From Catajapyx aquilonaris (Eukaryota), in contig JYFJ02000741.1 of the NCBI GenBank assembly GCA_000934665.2, positions 62,001 through 126,000 of the forward strand: a stretch of DNA of 64,000 nt, in the 5' to 3' direction. Below are positions 42,301 through 56,148 of the stretch, one piece after another (positions within the stretch are counted from its first letter, which is position 1; each line of letters opens with the position of its first letter). The position numbers and the translations under genes are program-made. A model generated the notes under the pieces. That model did not search any database. It was not told where the DNA came from and saw nothing but the letters and a program-made list of their open reading frames with translations.

Positions 42301-45145
42301 TCATTTTCTAATCGTGTCAATTTGACAGTATTTTTGACACAATGATTATAGTTGGTGATTTTGTATTCCTATAATAATTCTCGTCAGTCATTGTTGTGAT
42401 GTCAAATACATTATGACACATACCTTACGTGAGCTCTCCTGAAGAATGAATGAATATAAAATCACGGGTGCCAGATTAAGTTATTCTCCGCTACGACGAA
42501 CGATCCAAACCCTTCAAAATGTTGAAAAAAAATTGCGGGAGACATATGGTTAAGAATATAATGAAGGTGTGCATACATGGGCCAGGTTGTCATTTATTAT
42601 TCATGTTTACCCTTGCGAACGAATTCATAATGAGTTGCTTGATATGCACATCAAATTGTGTGGTAGCCTGGAGCCGAGTAGAAAATCTTGTTTGCGATTC
42701 CGTGCTATAGACACGGCTTTGCAGACTCCCCGTCCTCCCCCACCCATCCCCCTGACAAACTACTGCACTGGGCGAATTACCCGCGTGGAAAGTTGCGTGA
42801 ACTTTGTCTGAATGCAGCAGGTGTTGTGCAGTAGGTGGCAGGGAAATCGGCGAGACCAACAATTCCGTGTTCCCACTGAATGGACCCCCGGAATTCAAAC
42901 TGCAAACGTCGCCTCCGCAAAATTTCTGTGGACGTAGCCTGCTGGAGATGAAACTTGGAAGCAAATCCGGTGGGCCAATTGTGAAAGGCTCGTGCGTAAG
43001 CTCCTTGGAGGAAACTTAAGGGAAAGACGCGCAAAGTGCTAAAGAGCGCTCGCCTAATTCCCATTTGCGACTTCAGCTCCAAGAGACACCCACATTCCCC
43101 TCTTTACTGATAAGAGCAGTCCGTTTCCAGCTTAACATCCGCTGCAGGTAACGACATGGATGATATCTAATCGGATTATGGTGGTCTAAGCCCGCCTCTG
43201 CCATTTCCGATATATGCGTCCAGAAAGCGAATCTAGTCTTCAGGAACATTTCGCCAAACCTCACCAAAAAAGGGGCAGAACTGGTGGGAACTAATTTGGG
43301 AGCATGTTCCGGGATTTACTTGCAGGGAGTTTCCGGGGGGATGAAACTCTCCTTTTTCGCCCCCCCCCCTCCCCCCACTCTCTTGCCAAGGACTTTTTCT
43401 GGTGAATTATTCAATGGGAAATGCGGGCGGAATTGGCGCGGTTGGAGTGCAAGCGCGAAATTTTGCCCGCGGGTAGGAAATAGGCAAAGTTGAGCGAAGT
43501 TGTCTCTTTTTGTGAAGTACCGATTTTCATAAACCATTGGTTGGCCTTTAAAAAAAACAGGCTTTGATCTTATGTTATTATTTAGCAGGTTAATGAACTA
43601 TGGTTTAATTTCCTGGAAGGTCAGGGGGTTTTTTTCGCAAAAGGCTAGGGTCCGGTGCGGGTGATTAATTGGGCCTATATATCAACTCGTGCCTAGGATC
43701 CAATTTCGACACCCCTCTTTACATTTGCCAATTGAGATGCGGAACAAGTACCCCGAGCGCGCTTTTACTGCTCCGCGTGTGTACTTTGCGGTTTTCAGTC
43801 ACGGAGCGCTGCGCAATCATTGCCGCTAATTCCAGCTGCAGAGGCACTAATCATGAGGTATAGCCGAGTGTAATCGTTCCAAAGAGATAACATTTGGGTG
43901 CGAAAAAAAAGTGCGAACTGACTAGTGTACTTCCGGGGGTGTCCTTTCGTGCAGTAAGCATTGATCGGACGGGCGACTTACTGGAGAAGACGTGATCGGA
44001 TTAGGAAAGAAGCACTGTCGGATATACTAAGACTGTGCTGTAATGAAAGTCGGCACCAAGATGGAACAAGCTGGTATCATTTAGTGTTACTTCAAGTCAC
44101 TTAACTGTTCACGCATATTTATGAGTGAAAAAGTCGTAAAATATCGCGTACAGAGTAAGCAGCATTATTTCATCTCCGAATTTCTGAAAAATTGTCGGAA
44201 TTTTATGAAGTTGAAGCGTATTTCCAAGTGTGTCCATTGTCAGGGGCAAAAACCTCTGGACGATTCAGTTCTCTGCTAATTAATGAACCCTGAGCAGGTT
44301 CCCTTGGTGGTGTATGCAACCGGTTGCTCACTTTTGTTCCCATACTTATGCAGTGGAGGATAGTCGTCTGGGGGATAACTGACACACGTCAGAATCCATT
44401 TGGAAAAGGACCCAGTTGGAAAACCCTGTGGGACCTTGCTTCCTATCGACATGCAGCTGCGGTTCGCTTCCGAAGTGTTGAAAGAACTTGGGAAGCTGGA
44501 TTTACTGCGATTGGTGCCGTACGCAGGCGGATCACATTCGGTTCCAATTTGCTATTAAGAGAATTACTGCAACGTTTTTGCAATAAAATATAGCAACAAG
44601 TATGGCATGGCCTGGAGCCATGATTTCAGTAATTTTATCATACGTGTGATAGGTGGAAATCCAACCCGGGACAATGTTACGTCGCTTCCTGTCGGTTTGT
44701 TCGAAAAGAGGCATATCCGTTGGGGAATCGCGGTGTTTATCCGATATAGGATTTCATTGGATGTGGTGTGCTGGGCAGATTCATAATGGAGGTTCAGTCC
44801 ATTTTGGGGATGTAAAGTGTTTGTTTTGCGGGATGGGGAAGGTTTTCGCAAATTTAACATTTAAAAAGGGCAATACGCTGATGACAGCTGTTGAAAGAAT
44901 CACGAAGCGATATTTCCCACAGGGGAACGGATTTGTTTGAGAAATAACTCTGCAATACACTTTCAGATCAATTAGCTCTTGTTTTACCAAACACAAACAA
45001 AATGTGGGCATTTCTTTGCTATGTAAAACGCACACACTTCCATTGTTCGCCAACATTTGCTCAGCTTTCTGGGCGGCTGAATAATTTTACATGATGCATT
45101 GCTAGCATGAAATTATCACGGTAGTAATAATTATACAGAGCACTG

Positions 45146-45239
45146 TGTAATGTTCCTGTTCCATTTCAGGTATGTGGATCGTTGGAAAGGTAGAGAAAGA
45201 GCCTCGACTGTGTAAGCTACGCCAACAGGTAGCGTAAGT
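45146..45239 (+). other. Candidate recursive splice site (ratchet point) with cryptic RP-exon
   Basis: TGTAAT-GTTCCTGTTCCATTTCAG|GTATGT, with AG at 45168-69 and GT at 45170. Downstream donors: GTAAGC (45212), CAG|GTAGCG (45229) and GTAAGT (45234). Confidence 0.55.
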
Positions 45240-48200
45240 GGAGCGTTTCTTTATTGCCACCCCGAGGTGCAATGTATGCACTTCAGTTAATTGCCTTTCG
45301 GGGAGGGTTGAGCGTCCTGGATGACCCTATTTGACCTTCCAAAATTGCATCCTGGACCTATAACGCAATTACTCCAGTGGAAAGGTCCGTTCTACTATAT
45401 TTCTGTCCGTGTCTATTCGCCTATTTTTTTCTCTAGCATTCCCACTCAGCGGAAGCATAACAGGACGCTATTAAACTGCGTCCAAGTCCATTTCCAGCTT
45501 TACGAGTAGTAAAAATCACTGGGAAAAGGCGGCCAGCCTGTAACATGGACTGTGCGGAAGGACTATTGGGAAAATTTGGCCGAAATGTGTCGTCGGAATA
45601 AAAACGGAGGCGGGGGGAGGGTGGGGGCATGACAACTATCGATCAGAGGCCTTCAAATCAATGCAACAAATACAGCTTGGCGATGTAGCTGCTCCTGTTG
45701 GCGATGGGCCAAAACTCTAGGAAAACAATTGCAGGAAGATCAGTTTTTTCTTTCTTTTCTTCTAAAAAAAATCACCGCCATTAACCTTCGAGGTTTATCG
45801 CCAGCACAAGCCTTCTAACCGTAATGAAGTAGGGGGGACAGCCATATTTAAAAATGCGATAAAGGAAGATTATTGCCCGCTTTATTAGGAACTGAAGAAG
45901 GAATTAAAACGGGGAAAATGAACGTGAATGGAAAATAACAGATGGGCATAAAGCCGCCTTTTTTATGGAAGAAAATGGAATATTTAACCGCTTTTCCAAT
46001 GCCCCGAGTCCGGCTGTATCACCCAGCACATAAATCCTTGGGGGGTGCGAAAACAGTTATTTTTTGGCAAAATGCAACGACCAGTTTTTTAAAAAAGTCG
46101 GGGTTATAATTCCTCTGTGTTTCTATCCCCTGCTCTATTTCCAAGGGGATTTTCGGCGCGGACTCTGGCTTGCATCTCATTTGTTCTCCTCTGTCGTTTG
46201 ATTCAATACGCCCGGCGAATACTGTATTAGCGTGTCTTTTATATTCCCCTTCGGAGGACATTCCGCAGCTTTTGCGGATCGTTGCAGTGGACCTGAACTG
46301 CATTTGGGAGGACATGCACTATACGGAAAGAAAATTTAATTTCAGTTCCATGTACTGAAAGTTTTGATGTAGAATCATGTGGCTGTTTTAATCTGGAGGA
46401 ATCGAGGGCCCCCGTACCTCCTGATAATTAAAACATAGGTAATATTGTTCGTTGATGACGAGCCAGAGAGATTGGGAGTACTCGACTAGGATTTCATTAG
46501 GAATTAGACAGCGCACCTAAGGGCGATAAAGTACGGACAAGCACCACCCCCATTGCATTTTACAAAACCGGATAATTCCTCCCTGTAGTCCATAGGCCTC
46601 TTAATGCTTTATGTATCTCGTCCTCTTAGCCCACACGTCATTAACCAAACGAGATTGTGGCGTCGGCCCAGAATTGTGAATGATTACTCTCTGGGAAAAC
46701 ATATCCGGAAGGGGGCCTGGGTTGAAGTTATACGGGTTCATTTATGGACATGAGGGGGCTAGTGTTTGGACAGTGCGAGCGATTAGAGAGGTTTCGGAAT
46801 TGACTGCAAATCGTGGCAGGGCGTCGATGCGCTTGCTTTTGTGCTGTTCATCTGGGCGGATTCAATTGGCCGAGGCGACTCAACCGTGGCAGTGTTGCCC
46901 AGGTTCGGATCTCCTGACCTCGATTAATTCGGCGGTAATGAGATGCGCTGAGGGGGTTTCTTGCTCACAGACAGGTGAGAGATCGGTTTCTGCGGTTTAG
47001 GATCGACGCAAGGTTTATTTTTCAAGCCCGGACCTGATTGGAAGTCAGGCCTATAGTGGGGGTGCTGACACAGGTTGATTTTAATGAGACGCCTCGTTAT
47101 TTAAAGAAAGTTGCTGTGAAGTGTGTTCCTGCGGAAAAATATTTGTTAAAAATGAACATTTCAAGTAGAAAAACATTGCTCAAAATTGCATCACTGGTCA
47201 TGTTTTAACTCAAATTAGCCCTATTATTCGGTATATAGGAACCTAGTCTGAGGTCATCACAACTGAAAACTGATGGAATTACTACCCTTTATGGACACGA
47301 ATGAAAGTGGATTGTCCCCTAAATTTTTGTGTCATACAACTATAAGGCTCGTCACTCATGAAAATTGTCATGCATTCGGGAGAATGTGCAGTCATCCCGC
47401 TGCATTTTTGCAGAATGTTCCACACTTTCGCCGGAAGTGTTGGACATTATCAGTCGTGCATAAACTTAATATGGCAACTTAATGCCGGGCATGCACTGAA
47501 CAGCAATAGTAACTACTTATTTTACAAGTGCTCGACTTTTGTACTTTAGCAGATTTTAACGCAACAATATATTATGCATTATAGCGTCGTTTTGAGGATC
47601 ATCTCATAGCCACACATTTGCATGGATATACTGTAGTATTATATTTGAGCTTCTATACCTTGGAGCAGTTTAATTCCTTTAAACAATTACAGTACAGTAT
47701 CTGGCCCACTTTTTCTAAATCGCCTGCCAAGTATACGGCATGGTGAACAAGAGAGGCTCATAGGTTAGCGAAGTGCCAGGATGAAGCGAAACTTCAGGGG
47801 ATTTTTCTTCAACCTTGAGTAGCGCTTACTCAGGAAGCAATCTCCGTGCATATATAAACATTGCATTTTTTTAGCTGAAACTGCGCTCGAGGGTCCCTCC
47901 AAAAAATTCTTCAGATGAAATGGAAGATGAATGTTCAAGACGGAGGAAAAACCTGCCAATCAGCGCGAAAGGCTTACGTGCAAAACAAGGCGAGAATTGT
48001 GCAGAAATATTTCTTGAATTGGTTCCAATTTCAGGTGATCCTTCCAAAAGGTTTAATCACTGTTTCAGGAACTAGATCATCCTCATAAATCACTACTTTT
48101 TTGAACTCTCTTAATATTCCTGGCGTCGTCCCTGTTTACACACAGAAATAGATCTTATATCTCAAGCCAGTAAACTTGGTTCCGATGTGTAGAGAGAAAA

Positions 48201-48992
48201 AAGGCATTGCCTCCAACGGAATCCTGCACCTCATAATGCTCTTCACGTCTGCAACCGACGTATAGCCAAGTCCCTGAGGTCTTCAATCGCAAAAAAGAAG
48301 AAGAAAAAGGGCCAAAAAAGGGCCGAAACTAGCCTTTTTTGAGACGGAGGAAAAGGAATGAAAGTGTGCTCGCCGAGAAGCAGCCTCGAGGCTCTTCTCA
48401 TGAAAAGTGTGCATTCAATTTCTCCACCTCGTTAATTAAGGCCTCCCTCTACTTTTTAGAGTACTTTAAAATCATAACCTCACGTCACTAGACTTGATCA
48501 AATGCAAGCTCCTTTTTTCCAAGGGGGTCTCCCGCAATATTTCTGCAAGTTGAGCGAAAAGAGAGCATGAATAAGTAATGAAAAAATGTCGAGTAGTTTT
48601 AACCGCTATTGAGGAAAATGAAAACTTGAAATTAATAATCCGCAGCACTCATGTTAAAAGGTGAATGGAGCTAGATTCTTACTCATTAGCTGTTATACAC
48701 AAGCCACAAGGTAAAACCAAAACGTGTGTTGGAAGGCAATATTTTAACATTAAATGGTTCTTGTAGGCGAAAGGTATGGTAGAAAATATTTCTATTTCGT
48801 TACTGGAGCACGTAGCGAGAAGTTAGGCTCTCGAGTCATTCATAAAGACGGCAACTAAAGCGCTATTACCGGTACTGTTTCCCCCTCCTTATATTTTTCT
48901 GGGTTTTTTTAGAGAAAGAATGGAGAAGGATGACTTCCGCAATACATTTTCTCCACCAACTGAAGTAACGGCGGCGTGGCCACCATTAGAAG

Positions 48993-49166
48993 AGAGAATA
49001 ATGACAGGGAGGCCAGTACTTTTTTGTGTTGCGTTTGGTGCCCTCTCTTCAATGCGGGCCTTTCCCCCCCCCCCTATCNAGAGAATAATGACAGGGAGGC
49101 CAGTACTTTTTTGTGTTGCGTTTGGTGCCCTCTCTTCAATGCGGGCCTTTCCCCCCCCCCCCTATC
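48993..49166. repeat. 86/87-bp direct duplication flanking an N, probably an assembly overlap artefact
   Basis: 48993-49078 and 49080-49166 are identical except for poly-C length (11 vs 12). A single N at 49079 separates them. Confidence 0.9.
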
Positions 49167-52100
49167 CCTTTGCCAGCTTTGTTGGAGTAAACTCTGAAAA
49201 TTGGGGCCATTGATTGGACATAATTATTCACTACTAAGTCTGCTCTTGGATGGCGGCAACAACGGGCAAACTGTACAAAGGGGGAAAAAAGAGCTCAATT
49301 ATAGGTCAATTAACTGTAACTTGTTGACAAACACTGGAAGTTCTTTCATGCTCTCTATATGCAAATGTTTTGTTAGTCATCTTGTTTCCGCAATAATAAT
49401 CATTGATTCGACCAGAATGATGTGGGTGGAAGTAGCGTCTCGGAGTATTAGTTTCTAATGCGATGGTAATATCGAATTAAAAACGAGGGCTGACAAGAGA
49501 GGCTTTTTACCTCTTAAAACTAGGAGGCAAAACTTATCTCGGAAAAGTTTTCCAGCTGTATCAGGCCAAGATTAAATTCCAGCACAGATGCCTCCTGGCT
49601 TTATGAAGCGAGCAATATCGAAGAGCGGCGGGTGCTATATTTATGATACCCTAGGTAGAATTTTCGTCTGACGTGATATATCTCGTCGAATCGAAACATA
49701 CGCATCCAGGAAAATGAACGGCACTGAAACTGTCCCGCATCCCCAGCATTTCCGCCGCAATTAACAAACGCGGGATTGCAAGTCTTTTTATCAAAAAAAT
49801 GCAATTTTATTATGACAGCTCCGAACATAGACAACTTTTTTGATTCTGACTGCGAGGAATGAGCCAGGGAGCAATAAATTGCAGTTGTGTGCAAATGGCA
49901 TCGTAAAAGCATCAAAACGCCGCAGATCGTCGAGTAATGCTCATTCAGCGGGTAACAAGTCGGGTATTCAAATCGCTGGGCCAGCTTCGGTTACCGGTGA
50001 TTGGGTCATCAAACTTCGGTCGCTTCGTGGCCACTGTGGGATGTCGCTAAAAAAAAATTTAACGTGCCCTCAACGATGGAGACAGGACTATACTTTTAAC
50101 TGGAATTACAGTGGGCAATATGAAATGTGAATCGGAGAGGACTGTCCACAATGTGCTGTTATGAGTGGTACTTCCTGCATTCAACTTTTTTTTGTATCAT
50201 TCCATGTTCACAGCGATATATTCAACACTCTAAAATGTCACACAGTGTCACCGAGCCATTTTGTATTCCCAGCACATCTGAGTCGAGGGTAATACCTTGG
50301 CGAATTCATAATAGTAGCGGGCCTATTGCACCCCGAGGGCTTTTCGATTGCACCATTGCAGCTTAGAATATCACGGAAGGATCAAAATTGCATAAACATT
50401 CCCGAGCAGCAAACCCCCAGCCATTCGGAATGAACAACCTGTGTTCGCTTTTCACGAGCCCAGGTCAAAATGGCACATGCTGAACAGCGTACAACCAACT
50501 AGAAAATCCGCTTATTGGATAGGGTGAGAGGCATAGCAGCTAGGAACTTACAACTTTTCTCTCTAGGCGACCCTGCAGCTGTCACCCCAAAATCACGTTT
50601 ATTTCAAGGGGGCATAGCCGGAAATAACGGCCCGTTTTCCGACCAACTAGACCCTTGGCAACTAGCGGAACATTGCACAAAATTCCTGGCTAACGAGTCC
50701 TGCTCACCCTCTCCGAAATCGCTTACTTCTTGCTTTACGAACGTGTCCAATAGCGAACCAAGCTGTTCTTCGGTGACAAAAAAATAATATGTCGGTGAAG
50801 GACGTTGGGCTTTTGGAAGGTACCAGACTCTTTTATGCTGCCAGACTCTGATAGGGCTCTATCACAATGGAGCGTAAAATCTAGCTTCAGGCCTGTATAC
50901 ATCAGTGCATTGGTTACAGTGCGCTGTTTAGCCTCGTGTATGGATAAGCTGAGAGCGGATAATGGGCTCGAAGGAGTGTATGTTACGCCAGGGTATGTTG
51001 GTTACGTACGTGTTTTTCACTTGAACACCTGTGAATTTATACAGTGTTGATTTTGGAGTGGTTTTGAAGGGCTGTTTACGTGCCCTGCGGAAGATCAAAT
51101 AATATTTTGTCACCTTCTGTTGATTAAATTGTTACATTGCTTCTATTTTGTCCAACATTGTGGTCTGAGGTCTCGATAAGTTGATGGTGAGAAGAAAGGT
51201 AAAAAAAAGTTTCCTCGGCACTGTAAGGCAGTTTCCTCCTGTGGTCAGTTCAGCGTGACGCTTCCTCCGGTGTAAGACTGCAACAATTTTTCTCTCGAAC
51301 GCGCTCCGGCAGGGTCACTACGACTTCCTGGCTGGAAAATGCCGGTTGGGCTTCGGCCCTTAAGATAGCTCGTAACTTGTCACTTGGAGGTTGCGATTTC
51401 ACCGTCCACCTACCGCCCACTCGCGTCCATTCTCTTTTTTTTATACTTAGGGTCGACGTGACCAGAGCACGTCCTCTAACTATACACTGAAGGGAAACAG
51501 AGGCTATAAGGAAGGTCCTTGGCTTCTATAGGAGAGGGTCTTATAGCCTACCATCAATTTTTTGTGTCTTAGCAGCCCCCCTGGATCTTCTCGGCAGGCG
51601 TCTGTATGATTTGATAATCAAGAGAAAGCATTGCAGTGCAGTAGATTTCAAAAGAGGTGGACTCTGCTTACGTCTGGGATGAATCATAGCTGTTGGAAAA
51701 ATGCAATTTTCAAATATTAGTTTTCCAGAAAGTTACTGTCCTCGTTTTATTACATTTTAATAGAATATGTAATGCAAATGGGACTGTGTTCGCCTGCACG
51801 GATTATTATCGCGTACAATTCGCATTCTTAACCATCACACCTATGCGGCTTCAGCGAACTGGAAATACTCTATTCTTCTTTGCAAATGCAAATTTGTGTC
51901 AGGGCTTTTTCTCTTGCATCTTTGAATACACCTTATCAGGGTTTCGCAACTGAAAAAAAGTTAATTTAAAAACGCGCCGAATGAAGCTTTATCAAAGAAA
52001 ATCTTCTCGTCTGTGCATAATGAAACTTTTCAGCACTCGGTACTGTACTAATATCGTTACAATCATGCTGGGTATGCGTCACCAGAAAAAATAATTCAAA

Positions 52101-53464
52101 AGCTCTTTGAATTCAGGTCAGATAATGTGATGAAGGTTTTCTGAGGTTTGAACTATACTCTGTTTCTATCAGATGCAATTACTGCTTGCGTTGTAAATAG
52201 ATGCCAAATAGAACCTTGGAAAGACGAGAGACATAGTGTCGACGCCAAGTAGACACTCAGAAGACACTGCGCCACAGCAGGACTGACTCGAAGGTTGCGG
52301 GTTCCTCGCAAGCTGAAGAGTTGCCAATCCAATTAAGAGGCTCCGATTTGTGGCAAGGATTTGGGATTTGCATGGGAAAGTCCTGGCGACTATTTGCAGT
52401 CAGATTCTAGTGTCAGTTCGACCTTTAGACTCCAGTTCTTCAGCAACGCTGCAAAAAGCAGTGAACTTGAAATTACAAAAATTTGTGAATAGTGAGAGCT
52501 GGTGATGGCCATCTTGACTTCGGGTCTGAAACCAAATGAGAGATGAATATTGTGAAAGGCTGGGCTTTGAGGCAATGAATAAAATTGTAATGCGCGTTCG
52601 AGTCTTGCTGTCGTCGGCAGATTCAGTGGGTTTCAAGCTTTAGCAATTTTGTTGGCCTCCAGCCAGATTCCAGATGGTCCTTGTAACGGAGTTCTCGTTA
52701 AAGAGATCCTCCAGTTCTCCCCAAAAAATAGGTATGAGAGTTGGCTAGTGTCAGACAATTTAAACTTGGACCCCCTTTAACATGCGACTAAAGTTTTCCG
52801 CGTTTTACTGAATGGCTGCGAAGATATGACGCACTCTAATTAAACACGTTAGGCTGACACTCATCTCTTAAATAATAGAGCAGCAGCTTCCTTTTTATTT
52901 TAAAAAAAAAGGAACGATCTAGATGAAGACTCCTTGATGAATGACGGTTTTATCTTGTCGTACTCAATTTGTCAAAACACTGGGAAAGGAAAGTTTCCCA
53001 TTGGGAGCGATGAAGTGTGCCACGATTATCTCTTCGCGGCTGAGAATAAGTTTTAGCCTTTTTTTATTGTTCAAAAGTGTTTTCCTAATTTCACCAATTT
53101 TCATCCCCATTCAAGACGCCCAGACACTATTGACAAGAACACTCTTATCCTGCCTAGCCTTAATTTAACTAATGCCGAATTGATTTATTACACCAAGCCA
53201 AGGAGAGATGGAGGCCGAGATGGAAATCAATCTTGCTCTTTTTTTCGCACTTTTTTTTTTACAAATTCCTTCCGAAATTGGCACGGATCTATCTCAGGCA
53301 TGATGATGGATGGTCGAAACTTCGGACCCAAACTTTCTTTATTACCAACCCCCTTCCATCCACCTACCTGGTAGTCACCTCACGTACAACAGTAATAACT
53401 GCTATTGTATGGTAGTCATGTACTAATTAAGAATCACCCAAATATCTAAAAAAAAAAGTGCATT

Positions 53465-53569
53465 AAACGCTATTTTAGCAGTGATAGTAACGGCTATTCT
53501 GGTAGCAGTGACAAAACCGCTACTTTTGCTCGCAGTGACAAAAACCGCTACTCTGCTATTCTAGCACCA
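53465..53569. repeat. Degenerate ~27-bp minisatellite, about 4 copies
   Basis: Units resemble AAACCGCTACTTTTGCTAGCAGTGACA: aaacgctattttagcagtgata / gtaacggctattctggtagcagtgaca / aaaccgctacttttgctcgcagtgaca / aaaaccgctactctgctattctagcacca. Confidence 0.75.
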
Positions 53570-56126
53570 CAGACCTATAGGACCATTCAACCATTAGCTT
53601 TTAGACGAATTGGTAACCACACGTGACAAGAGTCGAAAAGCTTTGAGACCTGTTGTTGTATACCTAAAACTTAATCCTCTATCTCCACTTTCCGGAGACT
53701 TTTTCCCTTCCAGCCTCTCTTCCCCCTCCCCAAAGCTTCCGATTCCCTCCCCCTTGAAGCGTAATGGAGTCGAGCTGCTTATCTGAGGAGTTGGGCAAGT
53801 TCTTTCCTATTCATCATGAGGGAAGGAGGTGGAAGGGAGGAGGGGGAGGGGAGGGGGAGGATGGGGAGCAGATAGCGGCAAGCACAGGATGGGATCCGCC
53901 ATAGCGGGCCCTATTGAGCTTCCTATGCTGCCAGATAAAGTCCCCTGGTTGCTCGCATCTTCCCCTCGTAATTACTACACGTCTTGCTTTGCACTGCTTC
54001 ATCGGATACACGCGAGGCTCACAATAGTCTAAAGTTTTGCTTGCAAAATCTGCGCCAAAAATATATGCTGCTTACACACCAGCATTTTGTAGTAATAGCA
54101 ATTTTGGTGGGGGGGGGGGTGCCGGAAATATCTCCGGGGTGTTTAAAAAAATGAATGAAAACTGGCTCGATTTTGTTCACAGCACACGCGCCTTCTCTTC
54201 CAGAAGTGGTGGAAACGACATACAAACGTCGTTTCGCTGCTTGAATAATGGAAGGGAAGTAGGGGTCTCCCAATCCCGGACAAAGTCTTGTAATTTCCGG
54301 ACCTGGCTGTAGAAACAGATTACGCTACAACTTGTAGTCAATCGTTGCACCTGATTCCGGGAGATCCCGTACAAAGGGAGAGGAGATAGTAAAACTAAAT
54401 GTATAGTCGGCTCCAGCCTATATGTTCAGCACATTATGCACCGATCAATTTGTTACATGTCTTCATTAATCTGCTTTAACCGAGCTGGCATAATTAATTT
54501 GAAATTAAAAACAGTTTAGTCCTATTAGCAAAAACAGTTTGATGTCATGGGTGGATAAACAAGGAATTTCATTAACGACATTCGGTGATATATTCAGGTT
54601 TTGGTACATTGAGTGGATTGTTGGCCGTTAGGTCCAAGTGCTTGATGTATTAGATTATTGAACCACACATCAGCGCCGCCGGTATTTAACTGCTGCACTT
54701 TTGGGCGCAAATCATTGGGGCTAGCTTTAAGGGCACGGGATTTTGGGTTAGAGCCCACAGTTTTGCGGTTACAGCAACATGCTAGTCTCCACAACATTAT
54801 TAGGCTGCTGGGCTAACCCGGGTTTATTACCGCGTTTCTCGATACATGCTCAGTACACTCGGTAATGAAGTTTTCGGGTGGAATCGGGGCTTGAAAATTT
54901 TCACACCCCAAGAATTGTTGTAGCTTGCCTCTCGCCAAATTAGGGTATAATTAGAGGGTAAAGTATGCCGCAAAATTGCAGTACAGAGAGTGGGAGTGAA
55001 AGGCGAGCTAAATTGTTTTTCCATTTGAAGCAGCTTACGGTGGAAATAATTGAGAAAAGCTTGCGTTTATCAACTTCAGAATCATTCGGCTCGTGCTCAG
55101 GGTATATGAACCGTCAATCAACCTTTTCTTTCTTGTCCAATCCGATTTTCTGACCGACAATCGATTTCATCCTGCGCATGGGAACTATTAAGTTCAATGC
55201 TATAAAAAATATGGCCCTTCCTGTACTTCTACATCCAAAGGACCATCGAATGGGTCAAGCGATTTTCCCAACAGAACCTTCTGCTCTTCAGAAGCAAAAT
55301 AGATGTCTCCCCCGAGACATTATCGGCACTTTGCTTCTGAGTAGATTATGCAGCCTCCTCCAGTCTGCCAAATTTCCTCCCATTTATATCGCGTCAATAG
55401 GGCCCTCCCATTATTGTACTTCGAGCCTCGTCCTTCCAACAGGATAATTGTAAGACAAATTTCAATGCTTTTCCAGATGTAAAAAAATTGTTTGGAATTC
55501 TATAGGCACAGCACGCTGACTTGAAGAAAAGGCGCCTCCTTTATCCTCGCAATCGTTGATTTTTTTTTTACCAGAATTTTCCTGCCAGTCTCTTTGACCA
55601 AACGAGCGTTTCTTTCGTGCAAGCACAAGACAAGCACTCGTCACAGTATTGGCTAGTTTGACAACAACAAAGAGGGCTGGAATCTTAACGAGCGCGTGGG
55701 GTTTAAATATGCACTCAATTTGCGAGCAAAAATTTTGCGATTTAGCAAAAGAATGTTGGAACCAAATTGCTGGCACCTTGGATTCACCCACGGGGGTTGA
55801 AGCATCGTAGGTTACGCTCCGCGCTGATTACTGCATGCATAATACGGGTGAATCGGCCGTTAATGACGTGATTACACTAAGGCCGGGAATAGTGATTATG
55901 AATTCGTAACGACTGTCCCGCTTACAGTGTGTCCCCCATTCCCCCAAAAAATGGGAGAGGGGGAAAAGAGAGGAACGTTACGTCCATCAGACCCATTGTT
56001 TGGACCCTCCAGAGTTTCACATAAAATATTACAGTTGGGATAGTTTGGGCCATTGTCGAGGGCTTGTAATGCCTCCGCTTTGGCTTGTGTCCAGACTCTT
56101 TTGTAGTCTCCACCTGACTGGACGCG

Positions 56127-56148
56127 GTGTGTGTGTGTGTGTGTGTGT
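56127..56148. repeat. (GT)11 microsatellite
   Basis: Perfect GT run read directly. Confidence 0.9.

Noticed and set aside
48993..49166. Apparent recent 87-bp tandem duplication
   Set aside because: The copies abut a single N and differ only in homopolymer length, which is typical of unmerged overlapping contig ends rather than biology.
51501..51549. 10-bp perfect inverted repeat AGGCTATAAG/CTTATAGCCT
   Set aside because: Short, without TSD or other support, and of a length that can occur by chance in 64 kb.
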